Below are positions 38,501-51,936 of a stretch of 64,000 bases of DNA, piece by piece (within the stretch, counting starts at the first letter, position 1; each line of letters begins with the position of its first letter). This DNA is from Octopus sinensis (lineage: Eukaryota), in the NCBI RefSeq assembly GCF_006345805.1, contig NC_042998.1:60450001-60514000 (forward strand), written 5' to 3'. Position numbers and translations under genes: made by a program. The notes beneath the pieces are model-generated. The model saw only the letters and a program-made list of their open reading frames with translations. It did not search any database and was not told where the DNA came from.

Positions 38501-39302
38501 GTTTATAGCCAAATCATCTTTCACTGAGCAAACCTATGATTAAAAGTAACGGCAACTATCCAGCTTTTATATTCTTCTCACTGTAGTTCGCCCGGAATTG
38601 CATAATTAATGTATCCAGCCTTTCTGGGTTTTTTTTTAAATATAGACTATATCGTGTGATGTGAGAGCAATTTGGCGACCATTTAAACATTCTTTTGTTG
38701 TCTCTTGGAAATTGTTGGAGGCAACAGAAATCTGACTTTGATAATTTGTTATTGTCGTTGTAATGCTATAGCTGTTAGTATGGTTATTGTTTTTGTTGTT
38801 TAGCTTATAGATCAGCTATGATTAATTAAGCAGTTGATTAAAGTTTGTCCAGTCACAACCATCCCTTCTTTTAACGACCACTTTATCCCTTGTTTCTTTT
38901 ACTTAAGATTATAAGGTGTGATTCGAGGCAGTGTTGTCTGCTATTTCTAACTTGTCGAATGACCACACAGATGATCCCTTATGTGTAATAATTTCTGCTA
39001 ATCAACATGCTTAGTTCGAATCCCGGATGAACGACGACATCCGTTATTGCCTTGAAGATCGAAAAAATTCGGGGAGATGAAATTCAAATCAATATACTAT
39101 AGTCTTTTTACCATCTTTTACTTATTTCAGACATTAGCCTGCAATCTTGTTAGGGCACTGCCATAAAGGGGTTAGTCGAACAAATCGATCCCAGTGTTCA
39201 TGCTATTCGTCTTTTTTGGGGAGCCGCTAAATCACGAGAACGTAAACAAACCAATATTGGTTGCCAATTGGTGGTGGAGGACAAATACCAAGACATACAC
39301 CC

Positions 39303-39401
<99 letters not shown>

Positions 39402-39681
39402 ACTGGTTTATTTCAGTTTCCGTCTACCGAATCCACTAGTAACGCATTTGCCACTCCGGTACTATAGCAGAAGACACTTTCCTAAGATACCGCGCAGTGG
39501 GATTGAACTCAAGACCACTTGGTTGGGAACCAAGCTTCTCAACTACTCATCTATGTCCATGTTGTCTCTCCTTTACTCATAAAAGACCCTTAATAATCAC
39601 GATTGTGTGTCAAACCAAACAGAAAACAATTTGTTTTCAAATCCACTGATTTTGAATTACATTTCATTAATTCTTTTCCAG

Positions 39682-39805
39682 ATACTTAGATTACATCAAT
39701 TTAATGACATACGACTTTCATGGTGCTTGGGAACACATGACAGGGCATAACAGTCCATTGGTGAGAAGAGGAGATGAAACTGGAGAGTATTTATATTGGA
39801 ATTTG
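39682..39805 (+). CDS. GH18 chitinase exon
   Basis: ttttccag acceptor; [26 protein letters not shown]; donor gtacga (phase 0). Confidence 0.94.
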
Positions 39806-40440
39806 GTACGATTTCTGTGAATATAGTTCTCTTCTGCTTTTATGTATTTATATTGTTTCTAATAATAATAGAAAAAGCTGTTGGTAACTTCCTACAAAGA
39901 CGGCAAGTCGTAGCGCGTCGGACAAAATATTTAGCGGCATTTCTTTTGGTTCTTGGCGTTCTGAATTCCATTCCGCCGAAGTCAACTTTAACTTTCGTCC
40001 TTTTGGGGACGATAAAATAAAATACGAGTGAAATATTGGGGGTCAATGTAATGGACTGACTCCTCAAAATTACTGGCCTTGAACTCTACAACTGATCAGT
40101 GCTCCCATCGTGGGAAATGTTTTAATTTCGGTCATATACATGCCATAGAAACTGAGTAACTGGTCTTATGACTCCTGGGTTTGAGAAGAAAATTTCCAAC
40201 AGTTGTTGCCAGCTCTCACGTCCAATATCTTCTTAGGGAGTTTCTTTATTAAGAAAAATTACTGTTTCGGTCCTAGGTGACCAAATGGGTTTCTTTCTGC
40301 CAAGAAAAACTACAAGAATGTATAAGAATACATCTAGTATATGAAAAAGCAATAGAAAAAGTTTCTGATATAAAAACATACAGCAGAAAAGATCTCATAG
40401 ACTATATATTTGTATGTGTAACATAATAGATTAGAAAAAG

Positions 40441-41320
40441 AAAACATTGGTTTCATATCTAGTGTGAACTAGACATCTCTTCAGTTTCTCTAAACGATAA
40501 CCGTTCTCTGCAAAGAATGTTTTTTTTTAAACACAAGAACGCCGGTGATAGTTCAAGAAATATTCCTCTTTAAAAAATTATGGCCGGGCGAGATGTCTTC
40601 CTTCGCTTGATAGATAGGTTTCCCAAGTAAAAATTTCCGAAAATGTGGACAACTCCCCACGGCTTCCGTCCTAGAATTCAGGTAGTCTCCTGGCTAATGT
40701 GAGTTCATAAGGATAATATATCTTTCTGCCATAAACAATTTACACAACTTTGTTCCATTGCGATAGGGTCCACAAGTTTCTAATAATTTCCTCCTAATGT
40801 TAAAAGGTGTATGGTCGTTCTTTAGGTGCCATACGTATGCTGCGAGTGCTGTACTGCTGCGTCTCTCCAGGACCCTGAAAGAATATCTGTTGTTGTTCAG
40901 GCGAATTTTAAATTTGGATTCACAAGATCCGACATAAATTTTAGCGTGTGTCCCTGTGTTGGCATTGATGTTACTGATATTTGTGCTGCTTCTGTTTGAG
41001 GCTACCTTTGCTTGGTACACTGTAGCCTCGGTGTTACATCGGCCGTCCACTGGGCATTCATTTCTAATCCTGCATGAACAAACTGCCTCTGTCTATGGTT
41101 TAGGAGTGCTGAGTAATTTTTTCTTAACATTGGGTGTACAACTGAAAGAGATTCTTAAATTATGTCTGATAAAGATCTTTCTATATTTGTGTGATCGCGT
41201 GGAATGCTTATCAACCAACCTAAGAAAAATCTTACCTACGCATGTCCGGATGTGTAAGGAGAAGTGGGGAATGAGCCATAAGGTCTTGTGGTGGCGTTTC
41301 CTTTTATGATTACTCAATCC
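40441..41320 (-). mobile_element. Naiad-like PLE 3' portion (linker, GIY-YIG and degenerate hammerhead at 40441-40490)
   Basis: LWLIPHFS..VGKIFLRLVDKH..ISFSCTPN, CSCRIRNECPVDGRC, TVYQAKV..IYVGSCE, TALAAYVWHLK, YLNSRTE. Downstream CTGAAGA-g-atgtctag/ctagatat-GAAACCAATG. Confidence 0.82.
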
Positions 41321-42433
41321 TGCTATATATACTAATTCTCTTTGAACCCGCTGGCCGCTGAACTGCTCTATATTTTATAGGGTATGCTTTTCTCCTGATT
41401 TATGATATTGTAACGAAGATATGTGTGTGTACACACACACATGTATGTATGTATGTATGTATGTATGTATGTATGTATGTATGTATGTATGAATGTATGT
41501 ATGTATGTATGTATGCTAATTCACAAAAAAACATTCCTTCAGAATCAGATTTCAAAGGGCAAAGATACAGAAGAAACTTGAATATCTGTCATTTGTGTTT
41601 TAAACCCTGTCAGTCAGCAGCTGGTCTTTAAAGTCAGTGGGGTGGTTGCACTGTGTGATAGGGTGTGCTGTGTGTGTTGATGGGATGGCTATCATCTCTC
41701 AAGATGAAGTAATCATCATCATGTATGTATGTATGTATATCGAGATGTTTTTCATACATATATATTTAGAATTTTTTAGTAAATCACTCTGCAATTTTCA
41801 TATGCAGTATTAAGCTTAAAACTGAGCCTATTGTTTTCTTCCTCGCAATATGAAGAAAATATTGCATATGAGAGCCATCACTCATCGTAACGAAAGATAT
41901 AAAGACATATCGCAGTGGTTCTCAATATTTTCAGCTTCGTGGAACAATGAAGAAAATAAATAATTGCTGCTACACTTGCTTCAAAAAGAAAAAAAGATAT
42001 CGATATGAAAAAAAGATATCGATTAATGAAAGTTTATAAAAGAACTTTAAAGTTTAAAATCTCCAAAATGATATATGGAGTACTAATGGTTACCTTGTTT
42101 TATTAATTATATTTGCGTATCAAAATATTATGAATAACGAGCTTTAGAAATATTCAAACATTAATATGGATATTGTAACATCTTTTTTAAAAGCATCTAT
42201 GGTGCTTCTATCTTCAACATAAAACGAACCGCTTGAGTACATCGAATAAATTGTGATATTTGTTATTATATTCACGTTATATGTTTATTTTAACAAATCT
42301 TGTATTAAGTAATAATGCCTTGATAAAAGCAATTATTTTAATATATTATAATGAAAATGTATTTTGATTTTTTATAATAAAAATACTTTTAAAAAACTGA
42401 CTTTAATATTTTAATACATTCAAATAATTTCAG

Positions 42434-42619
42434 GAGGATGCTGCTGAGTACTGGCTATCAAAAGGTGCCCCAGCATCTAAAATGAATATTGGAGTTCCAA
42501 CATATGGCCGGACATTTACTTTATCGAACCCTAACAACCACGGGGTTGGAGCCCCAATCTCAGGTGCTGGCGTTGCGGGAACATACACAAAGACAGAAGG
42601 TTTTATTGCCTATTATGAG
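42434..42619 (+). CDS. GH18 chitinase exon
   Basis: atttcag acceptor; YWLSKGAPASKMNIGVPTYGRTFTL..GTYTKTEGFIAYYE; donor gtaaat (phase 0). Confidence 0.95.
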
Positions 42620-42680
42620 GTAAATGATTCTTATCTTATGTAATCAATAGACAATCTTCACAATATCTATAATCAAAATA

Positions 42681-42895
42681 AGGTGACGAGCTGGCAGAAT
42701 TGTTAGTACGCCGGGCGAAATGCTAAGCGGCATTTCGTCCGTGTGCACGTTCTGTGTTCAAATTCTGCTGAGGTCGACTTTGCCTTTCATTTTTTTCGGG
42801 TCGATAAAATAAGTACCAATTGGGCACTGGGGTCGATGTAGCCGATTTACCCGCTTCCCTAAAAATAGCTGGCCTTGTGCTAATATTTGAAATCA
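42681..42895 (+). mobile_element. tRNA-derived SINE family A
   Basis: Same head and central block as the 36795 and 47435 copies. Confidence 0.8.
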
Positions 42896-43703
42896 ATGTT
42901 TTTATAAGCATAATTAGAAGGTGGAATGGCAGAATTTTAGAATAACTGATAAATTACTAGTGGGATTTATTTAGAACCTCGGCATAATCGTAATCTACGC
43001 CATCCGAAACGATTTGCAAAAATATCGCTAGGGACACACTTGCGTAGTTAAGCAAGAATTTCATTACTCCCTGATTTAAAATCCTGTCACTATCAGCCTT
43101 GCCTTTCATCCTTCCGAGCTCGATAAAATAAATGATAGTTGAGTGGATTTAATAGATTATTCCTTTCTTCTGGAATAAATAAATACCAGTTATATATTGC
43201 AGTGATTTATTTAATTGGTTATTCTCTTTCCTCAATAATTCTTGTCTTGTATCCAAGTCATAACATGATAGACTTAAACAATTACAAAAAAATGAAAGGC
43301 AAGCTTTGGCGACGACGTGAACCCACTAGGGAGGGAGGTAAGATATGATTATCTACCACCTGTGATGGAATTTGAACAATTGAAACCATATTTCATATAT
43401 TAACATAAATTAAATTGATAAAAGTTGGTATAAAAAAAAGAGGAAAAACTATAGTTAAATGGTACTACTCGAGAGTGGGGTTAGAGTAACCATTACACCT
43501 CCATCCATTGTATAAACCCATTTTCATTCATTCGTTTCATGTTTTTTGTCTCCACGTGTATATCCTTGTGCCGTCCCCTCTGTGATCGGGCTTTTGTGCC
43601 TAATAAAAAAAATCAGAGCTGTGTAAAGCAGAGAGTTACGCATTGTCGAGTGTAATTACAAGTATTGCGTATCTTGAGTAGGACAGTTTGCGAGGACGTT
43701 ATT

Positions 43704-44174
43704 GGATCTTTTCGGTTTGAACGGCGGTTTTTTCTAGCGGTGTCATATGAAATTGTCACCCATAATTATGACCCTAGTATCGATCTATTGCATTTCAATC
43801 TGTTTTAGGGTTAAGGTTAGTTAGGGTTAGTTAGGGTTAGTTAGGGTTAGGGTTAGTTGGGGTTAGGGTTAGGGTTAGGGAGGGTATCTTTTTTTCTTCA
43901 CAAATGTAAATAAACCCAATCTGTTTCTTAAACGAGTGACATATTCATACGGCACAGAACGTTTTTTTTTACCTCAATAGACGTCATTGATTGGTTGAAA
44001 TTGCAGAAATTGAAGAAGAAAAAACAACAAATATCTTACAAACCATAGAATTTTCTCAATAAAGCCAAGAAAAAAAGATATTTTATAAACACATTCTACC
44101 AGCATACGAAGTTTAAAAGTGTTTAATTACGTGGAAATTATTTTAAAAAACTGCCGTTCAAACCGAAAAGATCC
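43704..44174. mobile_element. 471-bp MITE with 30-bp TIRs, 8-bp TSD and an internal telomere-like (TTAGGG) array
   Basis: TIR ggatcttttcggtttgaacggc(g/a)gtttttt at both ends. TSD acgttatt at 43696-43703 and 44175-44182. ttaggg/ttag units at ~43805-43880. Confidence 0.9.
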
Positions 44175-44269
44175 ACGTTATTTATTATCCCGTTATATCG
44201 TACATCAAACGTGCAATACAATAGTGGCGTCGAGGTTTCGAACAGTACCGAGGATTCGAACAATATTCT

Positions 44270-44535
44270 TTTCTACTCTCGGCGCAAGGCCCGAAATTTT
44301 TGGAGAGGGGTCAGTCGATTAGATCGACCCCTGTACGCAACTGGTATTTATTTTAATCGACCCAGAAAGGATGAAAGGCAAACTCGACCTCTTTCTTTAC
44401 TACCCACAAGGGGCTAAACACAGAGAGGACAAACAAGGACAGACAAACGGATTAAGTCGATTATATCGACCCCAGTGCGTAACTGGTGTTTAATTTATCG
44501 ACCCCGAAAGGATGAAAGGCAAAGTCGACCTCGGC
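44270..44535 (-). mobile_element. Two partial family A SINE copies
   Basis: cgaccccgaaaggatgaaaggcaaagtcgacctcgg, or a variant of it, occurs twice. Confidence 0.75.
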
Positions 44536-44865
44536 TAGCAATTATACCACCGCTGCTAGGCAACTTTCGTCTGCTGTTGATACATTTTTGCCTTTTCTTT
44601 TAATACTGTACGTTTGTAAGAGATATTATCTCAAGACGAACACCGCAGCAATTTGGTTGTCCATGATTTATCTGCATTAAGTATGATACGTAGCTTGATT
44701 TATGCGCGCGCGTGTGTGTTAGTGTGTGTGTGTGCGCGCGCGTGTATACACACACACACACACACACGTCTTTGCAACGGATTCTATGGAGCTGAGGCTT
44801 ACAAAAGGGACACAGCCAGCGTTCTGACTGCATCTGCACGCCGCAATACTCATCCTACAACTGAT

Positions 44866-45367
44866 GAACAGAAACTTAGGCTCAATTCAGATGGCTATGT
44901 GAAGCTGTTGGACAGTATGGTCAAACCCTGGCTGGGAAGGGTTGCTGCTGGAAGGCCACATGTATGGAAGCAGGATTCCGCTCCTTGCTATACCTCCGCA
45001 GAGAGTCAGAAGTGGTTGTCGGAGAATTTCTACGACCTCACCACCTCCAATTTCGGCCTCCAGATTTCTCGATAACAATTCCATAGATTACTGTGTGAGG
45101 CGCGGTTGAGAAAGGTAAGAACCACTCTGGCTGCAACACCAAGGCCGAACCGGTGGCCAAGATCAAGTACGTGTTCGAAGATCTTCCCAGAGACACAGTG
45201 AAAAGCGTATGTACCAGATTCTTGAGCCGTCTTGGAGTTGAGGTGGAAAGTGAGGGTAGCGATTTTGAGTAAAACGTTATCTCCCAGTCATAAACTAGTT
45301 GATTTTTTTTATGAGTCGTGTTTTATTTTCTTTTGTGCAAACTGTCAGATTTAGCCCGAACAGCCTG
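44866..45367 (+). mobile_element. DD37D (maT-like) transposon 3' fragment
   Basis: LRLNSDGYVKLL..VKPWLGRVAAGRPHVWKQDSAPCYT..WLSENFYD; homologous to the 20069 element. Confidence 0.8.
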
Positions 45368-45373
45368 AATTTA

Positions 45374-45500
<127 letters not shown>

Positions 45501-45582
45501 CATGTATGTATGTATGTATGTGTGTATGTATGTATGTATCACTTACTAACATTTTTATCTCTCTTTTCTTTTTACTGAATAG

Positions 45583-45702
45583 ATTTGTCATTTTCTTAGG
45601 AACGGCGGAACTACAGTTTGGGATAACCTCCAGAAAGCTCCGTACGCTTACAAGGGTGATCACTGGATAAGTTATGAAAATGAGAAAAGTCTTCAATTGA
45701 AG
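45583..45702 (+). CDS. GH18 chitinase exon
   Basis: Branch point tactaac at 45544 and tag acceptor; ICHFLRNGGTTVWDNLQKAPYAYKGDHWISYENEKSLQLK; donor gtttgt (phase 0). Confidence 0.94.
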
Positions 45703-45737
45703 GTTTGTAAAATTCCCATATCAGAATTCGTACACAG

Positions 45738-45770
<33 letters not shown>

Positions 45771-45828
45771 TACATACACACACACACATACATACACACA
45801 CACATACATACATACATACATACATACA

Positions 45829-45892
<64 letters not shown>

Positions 45893-46790
45893 ACATGCAT
45901 ATGATTATATACATTTTCTCACAGAATGGTGATTCTCAAACAAGTATTTTGTAAGGAAAAGCTTAGAGAGAGCATAAGATGTATATCTAGTCCCTCCTTA
46001 CAGATTGCCTCTCTTTCTCTCTCCCCCTCTCTTTTATCTTTTTTCTCTCTCCTCTCTTTTCTTTTATCTTTCTCTCTCTCCCACTCTCTTCTTTTACCTT
46101 TCTCTCTCTCCCCCTCTCTTCTTTTATCTTTCTCTCTCTTTCTACCTCTAACGTACACCTTATCAACTCTGCTGTACCCGAAGTGTCTTTTATATCACCC
46201 ATTCTCTTCCTTTTATGCACAACAATCGACTGAACTCTTTCTACCCTCTAATACCTGCCCCTAACTATTCGGCTGATGCTCGTTACTCCTTTCTAACCTT
46301 CTCTAAACAGGAGTCAGACACACACAGCCTGCACATTCAAATCAAGCCAGCACTGTGTCCATAAACTGAGATCCGGGAAACATTCTCTTATGAGAATATT
46401 TCAGTCTTGTATCTTTCCACATCACTTTTACACAATCACTGCATTCACCATGGAAACAATCGCTTGCTTCATTCTCTCTGATCATGCATAAAATCTTCAA
46501 AATCTCTTGAAATGGCAGGCATTGCAATCCCTGGAGATCTCTTCTGAAGATCTCACGTTTATAATCTGACAATGGTATCTCAAAGACTAGCCTTTCTCTT
46601 CAGATCCGGAAAACACATCTGCTCCTTAGAACTGCAGACTATGCAAAACTCACTCCCATCGCCTTTATTCAGTCCTTTAAGCAATCTGTCAATTTTTCGA
46701 ATTTGTAGGTTCCTTCTTTTCTTTCTTTGTAGTCTCTTACGCTGCAAGTGCTCTCAAGCCTTGCTTAGAACAAAATCGTATGAAAAAATG

Positions 46791-46939
46791 TTAAGTAGCT
46801 TGCTAACCAACCACATGGTTCCGGGTTCAGTCCCACTGCGTGGCATCTTGGGCGAGTGTCTTCTGCTATAGCCCCGGGCCGACCAATGCCTTGTGAGTGG
46901 ATTTGGTAGACGGAAACTGAGAGAAGCCTGTCGTATATT

Positions 46940-46976
<37 letters not shown>

Positions 46977-47188
46977 GTATGTGTGTCTGTGTTTGTCCCC
47001 TAGCATTGCTTGACAACCGATGCTGGTGTGTTTATGTCCCCGTCACTTAGCGGTTCGGCAAAAGAGACCGATAGAATAAGTACTGGGCTTGCAAAGAATA
47101 AGTCCCGGGGTCGATTTGCTCGACTAAAGGCGGTGCTCCAGCATGGCCGCAGTCAAATGACTGAAACAAGTAAAAGAGTAAAAGAGTA
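46791..47188 (+). mobile_element. tRNA-derived SINE family B
   Basis: Close match to 36175-36598. Confidence 0.88.
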
Positions 47189-47434
47189 ACAACGGAATAC
47201 TGCATGAATGTGCCACCGCTATACACATAAATGTGCTGCTGCTATGCACAAGCGAATGCACTGCTACTATACAAACAAAAATATCATGAACCGCATAAAA
47301 TATAAGACACCTTGTTGCATGGTATGGAATCATACACCGATATACTGCAGCCTTTCGCCCACAGCTACTCAGTTTCGCAGCACCCGCCTCCTTTCTCTTC
47401 TACTTCTACAGCAATGATCTCTGCCCCTCGAAAC

Positions 47435-47667
47435 AAGGCGGCGAGCTGGCAGAAACGTTAGCACGCCGGGCGAAATGCGTAGCCGTATTTCGTCTGTCGT
47501 TACGTTCTGAGTTCAAATTCCGCCGAGGTCGACTTCGCCTTTCATCCTTTCGGGGTCGATAAATAAGGTACCAGTTTCCAACTGGGGTCGATGTAATCGA
47601 CTTAATCCCTTTGTCTGTCCTTGATTGTCCCCTCTATGTTTAGCCCCTTGTGGGCAGTAAAGAAATA
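47435..47667 (+). mobile_element. tRNA-derived SINE family A
   Basis: aaggcggcgagctggcagaaacgttagc head, box B gagttcaaattcc and the central gcctttcatcctttcggggtcgataaa block. Confidence 0.88.
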
Positions 47668-48182
47668 TATTTACATACTCCCTACACCCCAATTCACTGA
47701 CGTTCGTTTCTCCTTCTTCCGTCACACGTACTGTAACTCTTTCTGAACTCTCACATCTCGCTCTCCCTCCCACCCTCTCACTATTTACAGTACTAACTAC
47801 TGTGTTAGTTTCTTTGTTTCTTGATTGTTAACCTCTTGGGATTCACTTCTCGCCCGCACTTTCCCAACTGTCTTCAACATATATAGGTTTTAAATACACA
47901 ACGGCAACAATTTTGTCGTCACAGCAGGAGGTATGCTTCTGAAGGATATAGATAGAGTCGCTCATCCTAACTAAAAATATATAAAAAAAATTCATTGCCT
48001 GATTTCGAAAGTCATCGACAGACAAATAAAAGACGGGGAAGAAATAAAAATCTTCATATAAAAATTGCCAAATATTTGTATTCCATTCATTTATATTTTC
48101 ATAGCATTTGATATTTATTTCATAAAACATAAAGAGTTTCAGTCAAACAGACCGTAACAAAATATTCTCAATCTTATTACAG

Positions 48183-48307
48183 GTTGAATGGATAAAGAAA
48201 AGGGGTTTTGGTGGTGTAATGATTTGGTCTCTCGATTTGGATGACTTTGCCGGAATGTGTGGCGGACAGAAATATCCTTTAATCACATCTATAGTAAACG
48301 CGCTTTC
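48183..48307 (+). CDS. GH18 chitinase exon, end of catalytic domain (stop at 48309-48311 if unspliced)
   Basis: ttacag acceptor; VEWIKKRGFGGVMIWSLDLDDFAGMCGGQKYPLI; donor TC|gtaagt (phase 2). Confidence 0.94.
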
Positions 48308-48436
48308 GTAAGTGTTCTTTGATATTCTTTTCTCTTACCAATTCTTTAGAAAAAGAAAATAAAGTATTTTCTCAAAGAGCTCAAACGTTTGTCAGTAGAA
48401 ATTTATACCCTCTCACGCCCCCGCTATATGAAAATA

Positions 48437-48528
<92 letters not shown>

Positions 48529-48574
48529 TGTGTGTGTGTGTGTATGTGTGTGTGTGTATGTGTGTGTGTGTGTA

Positions 48575-48828
48575 TAAATTAGAGAAGATCCACCTTTAAG
48601 CAATTCAACAATGATAGACTTAAATCATACCATATAGAAGAAATTCAAAAGTATGATAAAACATTTATCTAAAACTAAATAAAGTACTAAATAATAAATA
48701 AATAGTATATAATTAGTAAAGAGACTACACTATTTAGTACTTTATTTAGTTTTAGATAAATGTTTTATCGTACTTTTGAATTTTTTCTATATGGTATGAT
48801 TTAAGTCTATCATTGTTGAATTGCTTAA
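48575..48828 (-). repeat. Fold-back element (arms 48597-48693 and 48731-48828), probable PLE 3' end
   Basis: ~97-bp near-perfect inverted arms. A related single copy lies at ~32690-32820. Confidence 0.8.
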
Positions 48829-48896
48829 TGGTATATATATATATATATTATAATATATATATATATAATGGTATATATATATAGATTTCTATATAT

Positions 48897-48940
<44 letters not shown>

Positions 48941-49017
48941 AAGACGCCATGATAGATCGTTAGCTACTACACGCATTTTTTTCTCTCCTTGTTTCTCTCC
49001 TTGTTTTTTTCTATGTA

Positions 49018-49055
49018 TCTTTCTGTCGAAGAGCCTAGGCTCGAAACGTAAAAGA
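49018..49055 (+). ncRNA. Variant minimal hammerhead within a PLE tail (48938-49147)
   Basis: tcttt-CTGTCGA-a-gagc(ctag)gctc-GAAA-cg-TA-aaaga; core A6 is replaced by U. Confidence 0.55.
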
Positions 49056-49174
49056 CCTTTTCTGTTCCTGAGCGCTATACTAATACATTTGTTTGTTTGT
49101 ACTCCACCTGCCTTCATCTTTTGTTTATTTTCTTAAACTTTCCCTTTATATATATATATATATATATATATATC

Positions 49175-51582
49175 TGCCGTCCTTCCATGCTCACAACACG
49201 TTGCGCTTCATTATCCATTTAAATCACCTCTTTCATCAATTTCTTTCCAATACCAAACTTCGTAAACTCCAATCACTCCTTCATTCCTTCACACCCGACG
49301 CCACTACCCCAACTCCTCCACTACCCTTCCCCCCCTGATAGGCTCCACCCACCCACACCTAACCCCACTGTCCCTCCAAACAACCCCACACACAGCTTCC
49401 CACTCCCTCCCCCTCAGACCTCCACCAGCTCTACCACCCCTCCTACTCCTATTCCATCCACCCCTCCTACTTCTATTCCATCCACCCCTTCTCCACTTCA
49501 GTCTGTTGTTACCAATCCCTCAGATCTTCCCCTCTCTGCGGCGGAACGCTCCCTCTTCAGTAGGGGTCTGCGTTTCATCCCCCTCACTCCATCCTGTAAG
49601 GAATTCCAGACGCGTGCTGATGTCCACAGCTTTGTGCGCCGCGTCCGGTTGGTGCGTTTTTCCGCGACATACCACCCGCATCCAACGAGGAGAACTGCTT
49701 CACTGACCTGGGCCGCCGACCATCCCAGTGGACGCCTTCCCCCAGCCAGTTCCAAGCAGTGGACCTTTTCGCGGGTGCCTGTCAGCGCGCGTTGGAACGG
49801 TTCAACTTCTCCAGGCGTCATTGCCGCCTCAACATCTCCCCGGCCGTGCTCTTGGCTCTTCGTTCCCTCCGACGGCGCGCTGACATTGTCATTAAACCGG
49901 CTGACAAGGGTGGAGCTGTGTGGTGTGGCGCGCGGACCTCTACAGGGCTGAGGCGCTCCGCCAACTCAATGACACCACCTTCTACTCCCCTCTGCCCTCT
50001 GACCCCACGCTTGGCTACCAACAGACGGTCTCCTCTACTGTCCACGACCTCATCTCGTCCTCCCGTCTCCCCCACACCGCATCCAACCTCATTGTCCGAA
50101 CCCCACGCACCCCCACCATTTACTTCCTCCCCAAAATCCACAAACCCAACAACCATGGCCGCCCCATCGTTTCCGCCTGTAACTGCCCCACAGAGCTCAT
50201 CTCAAAATACCTCGACCGTGTCCTTGCCCCCCTAGTGGCGTCTCTTCCCTCTCACATCCACGACACCAACCATGCTCTCCGGCTTTTCAACGCTTTCTCC
50301 TTTCCTCCCGGCACATCCAAACTCCTCTTTACAATGGACATCCAGAGCCTCTATACCGTCATCCCTCACCACGAAGGACTGCGTGCACTTCAACACTTTC
50401 TCGACCTCGGCCCCAACCCCGAACCCGACACCTCCACACTCATTCGTCTGGCTGAACTTTTCCTTTCTCTTAACAGCTTCTCGTTCGTTCGCGGGCGAGA
50501 GTTCGCAGGAGTGGCCATGGGAACGCGAATGGGCCCCAACTATGCGAACCTGTTCGTTGGCTATGTTGAGGCCCAAATATTCTCTAGTTTCACTGGGCCC
50601 ACGCCCGAACTATACGGTCGTTACATTGACGACTGTATCGGTGCCACCTCACTCTCCAGCAAACATCTAGACTCCTTCCTCTCTTTCGTTCAATCCTTTC
50701 ATCCTGTTCTCCACTTCACCTGCACTATCTCCAACACCTCTGTCCCCTTCCTCGACATTTCGGTCAGCATTCATCACTCCACTCTTACCACCTCCATTCA
50801 CTACAAACACACAGACTCACACTCATACCTAAACTTCTCTTCCTCCCACCCCAAACACACCAAGCTTTCCATCCCCTATTCCCAATTCCTCCGTCTACGT
50901 AGGCTCTGTGGTGACGACCATGACTTTGAGACTCAGTCTCAACTCATGGCTCACCACTTCATCCTACGTGGATACCCCCTCACCACTATCCACACCGCCC
51001 TTGCCAGAGCACGTTCCGTAGACCGTGCATCTGCTCTCTCCCCCCGAACCCGCCTCCCTTTTCCCCTCACTTACCACCCCACCACCCTACCTTTCCGGCA
51101 TCTCCAGTCCGACCCGACTACTTCACACCTCTTCCATAACCTACTTCTCCCTCGTTCAAACGAGCCCATAACCTACGAGACCTCTTGGTCCACAGCTTCT
51201 TCCCCGACCCTACCTCCCAACCTGGCTCGTTCCCCTGCTCCCACCCACGTTGCCGCACTTGCCCTTACCTCTCCAACACCACCCTCCTCACCGGCACCCA
51301 TCATCGACTCTATCGCATCATCGACTCCTTCACCTGCAACTCCAGCAATATCATCTATTGCATCTCCTGCTCTCTCTGCCATTCCCTGTACATCGGACAA
51401 ACGGGACGCCGCTTGGCTGACCGGTTCGCGGAACACCTCCGAGACATCCGCCTCGCGAATGACACTCCAGTCTCACGCCATTTCCGCTCCACCGGTCACT
51501 CCTTGCAACACCTGTCTGTGTTCGGATTGTCCTTGCACAGAGGCCATCCGGATTCCCGTTTGCGCCGTGAACAGGGATTAAT
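49175..51582 (+). mobile_element. Neptune-like PLE, RT and GIY-YIG, frameshifted
   Basis: IKPADKGGAV, YFLPKIHK, GRPIVS, TMDIQSLYTVIPH, GVAMGTRMGPNYANLF, RYIDD, PCSHPRCRTC, NIIYCISCSLCHSLYIGQTGRRLADRFAEH. Confidence 0.93.
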
Positions 51583-51733
51583 ATAATACGTTAGTAAGCC
51601 GGGCGAACTGCGTAGCTGTATTTCGTCTGCCGCTACGTTGTGAGTTCAAATTCCGCTGAGGTCGAATATATATATATATGTGTGTGTTTAGCCCCTTGTT
51701 CGTAGTAAAGAAAGAGGTATATATATATATATA

Positions 51734-51936
51734 AAGTTAATCCAAACAAGAAAGCACAAAAAAACACAACAACGCGAGAACGTGGAACAAATATAGTATT
51801 ATTGGACGCTCAGGAAAGAAGGAAAGGAGGAGGGTTTAACGTTTCGAGCGGAGCTCTTCGTCGGAAACATAGGAGAAGGAAAGATCCAGAGAAGGAAAGA
51901 CAGAGGGAAAAAAATCGGCAACGGTACACACGAGGT

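Noticed and set aside
41030-41085. Possible selenocysteine recoding, as reported for some Naiad PLEs
   Set aside because: The Cys positions in the CxCx5C motif are TGT/TGC, not TGA, here and at ~23640, and no SECIS was evident.
43805-43880. True telomere or chromosome fusion scar
   Set aside because: Short, degenerate, single orientation and enclosed by MITE TIRs and a TSD.
46342-46572. Cys-containing 76-aa minus-strand ORF in a chitinase intron
   Set aside because: No recognisable family motif or splice signals; probably decayed repeat.
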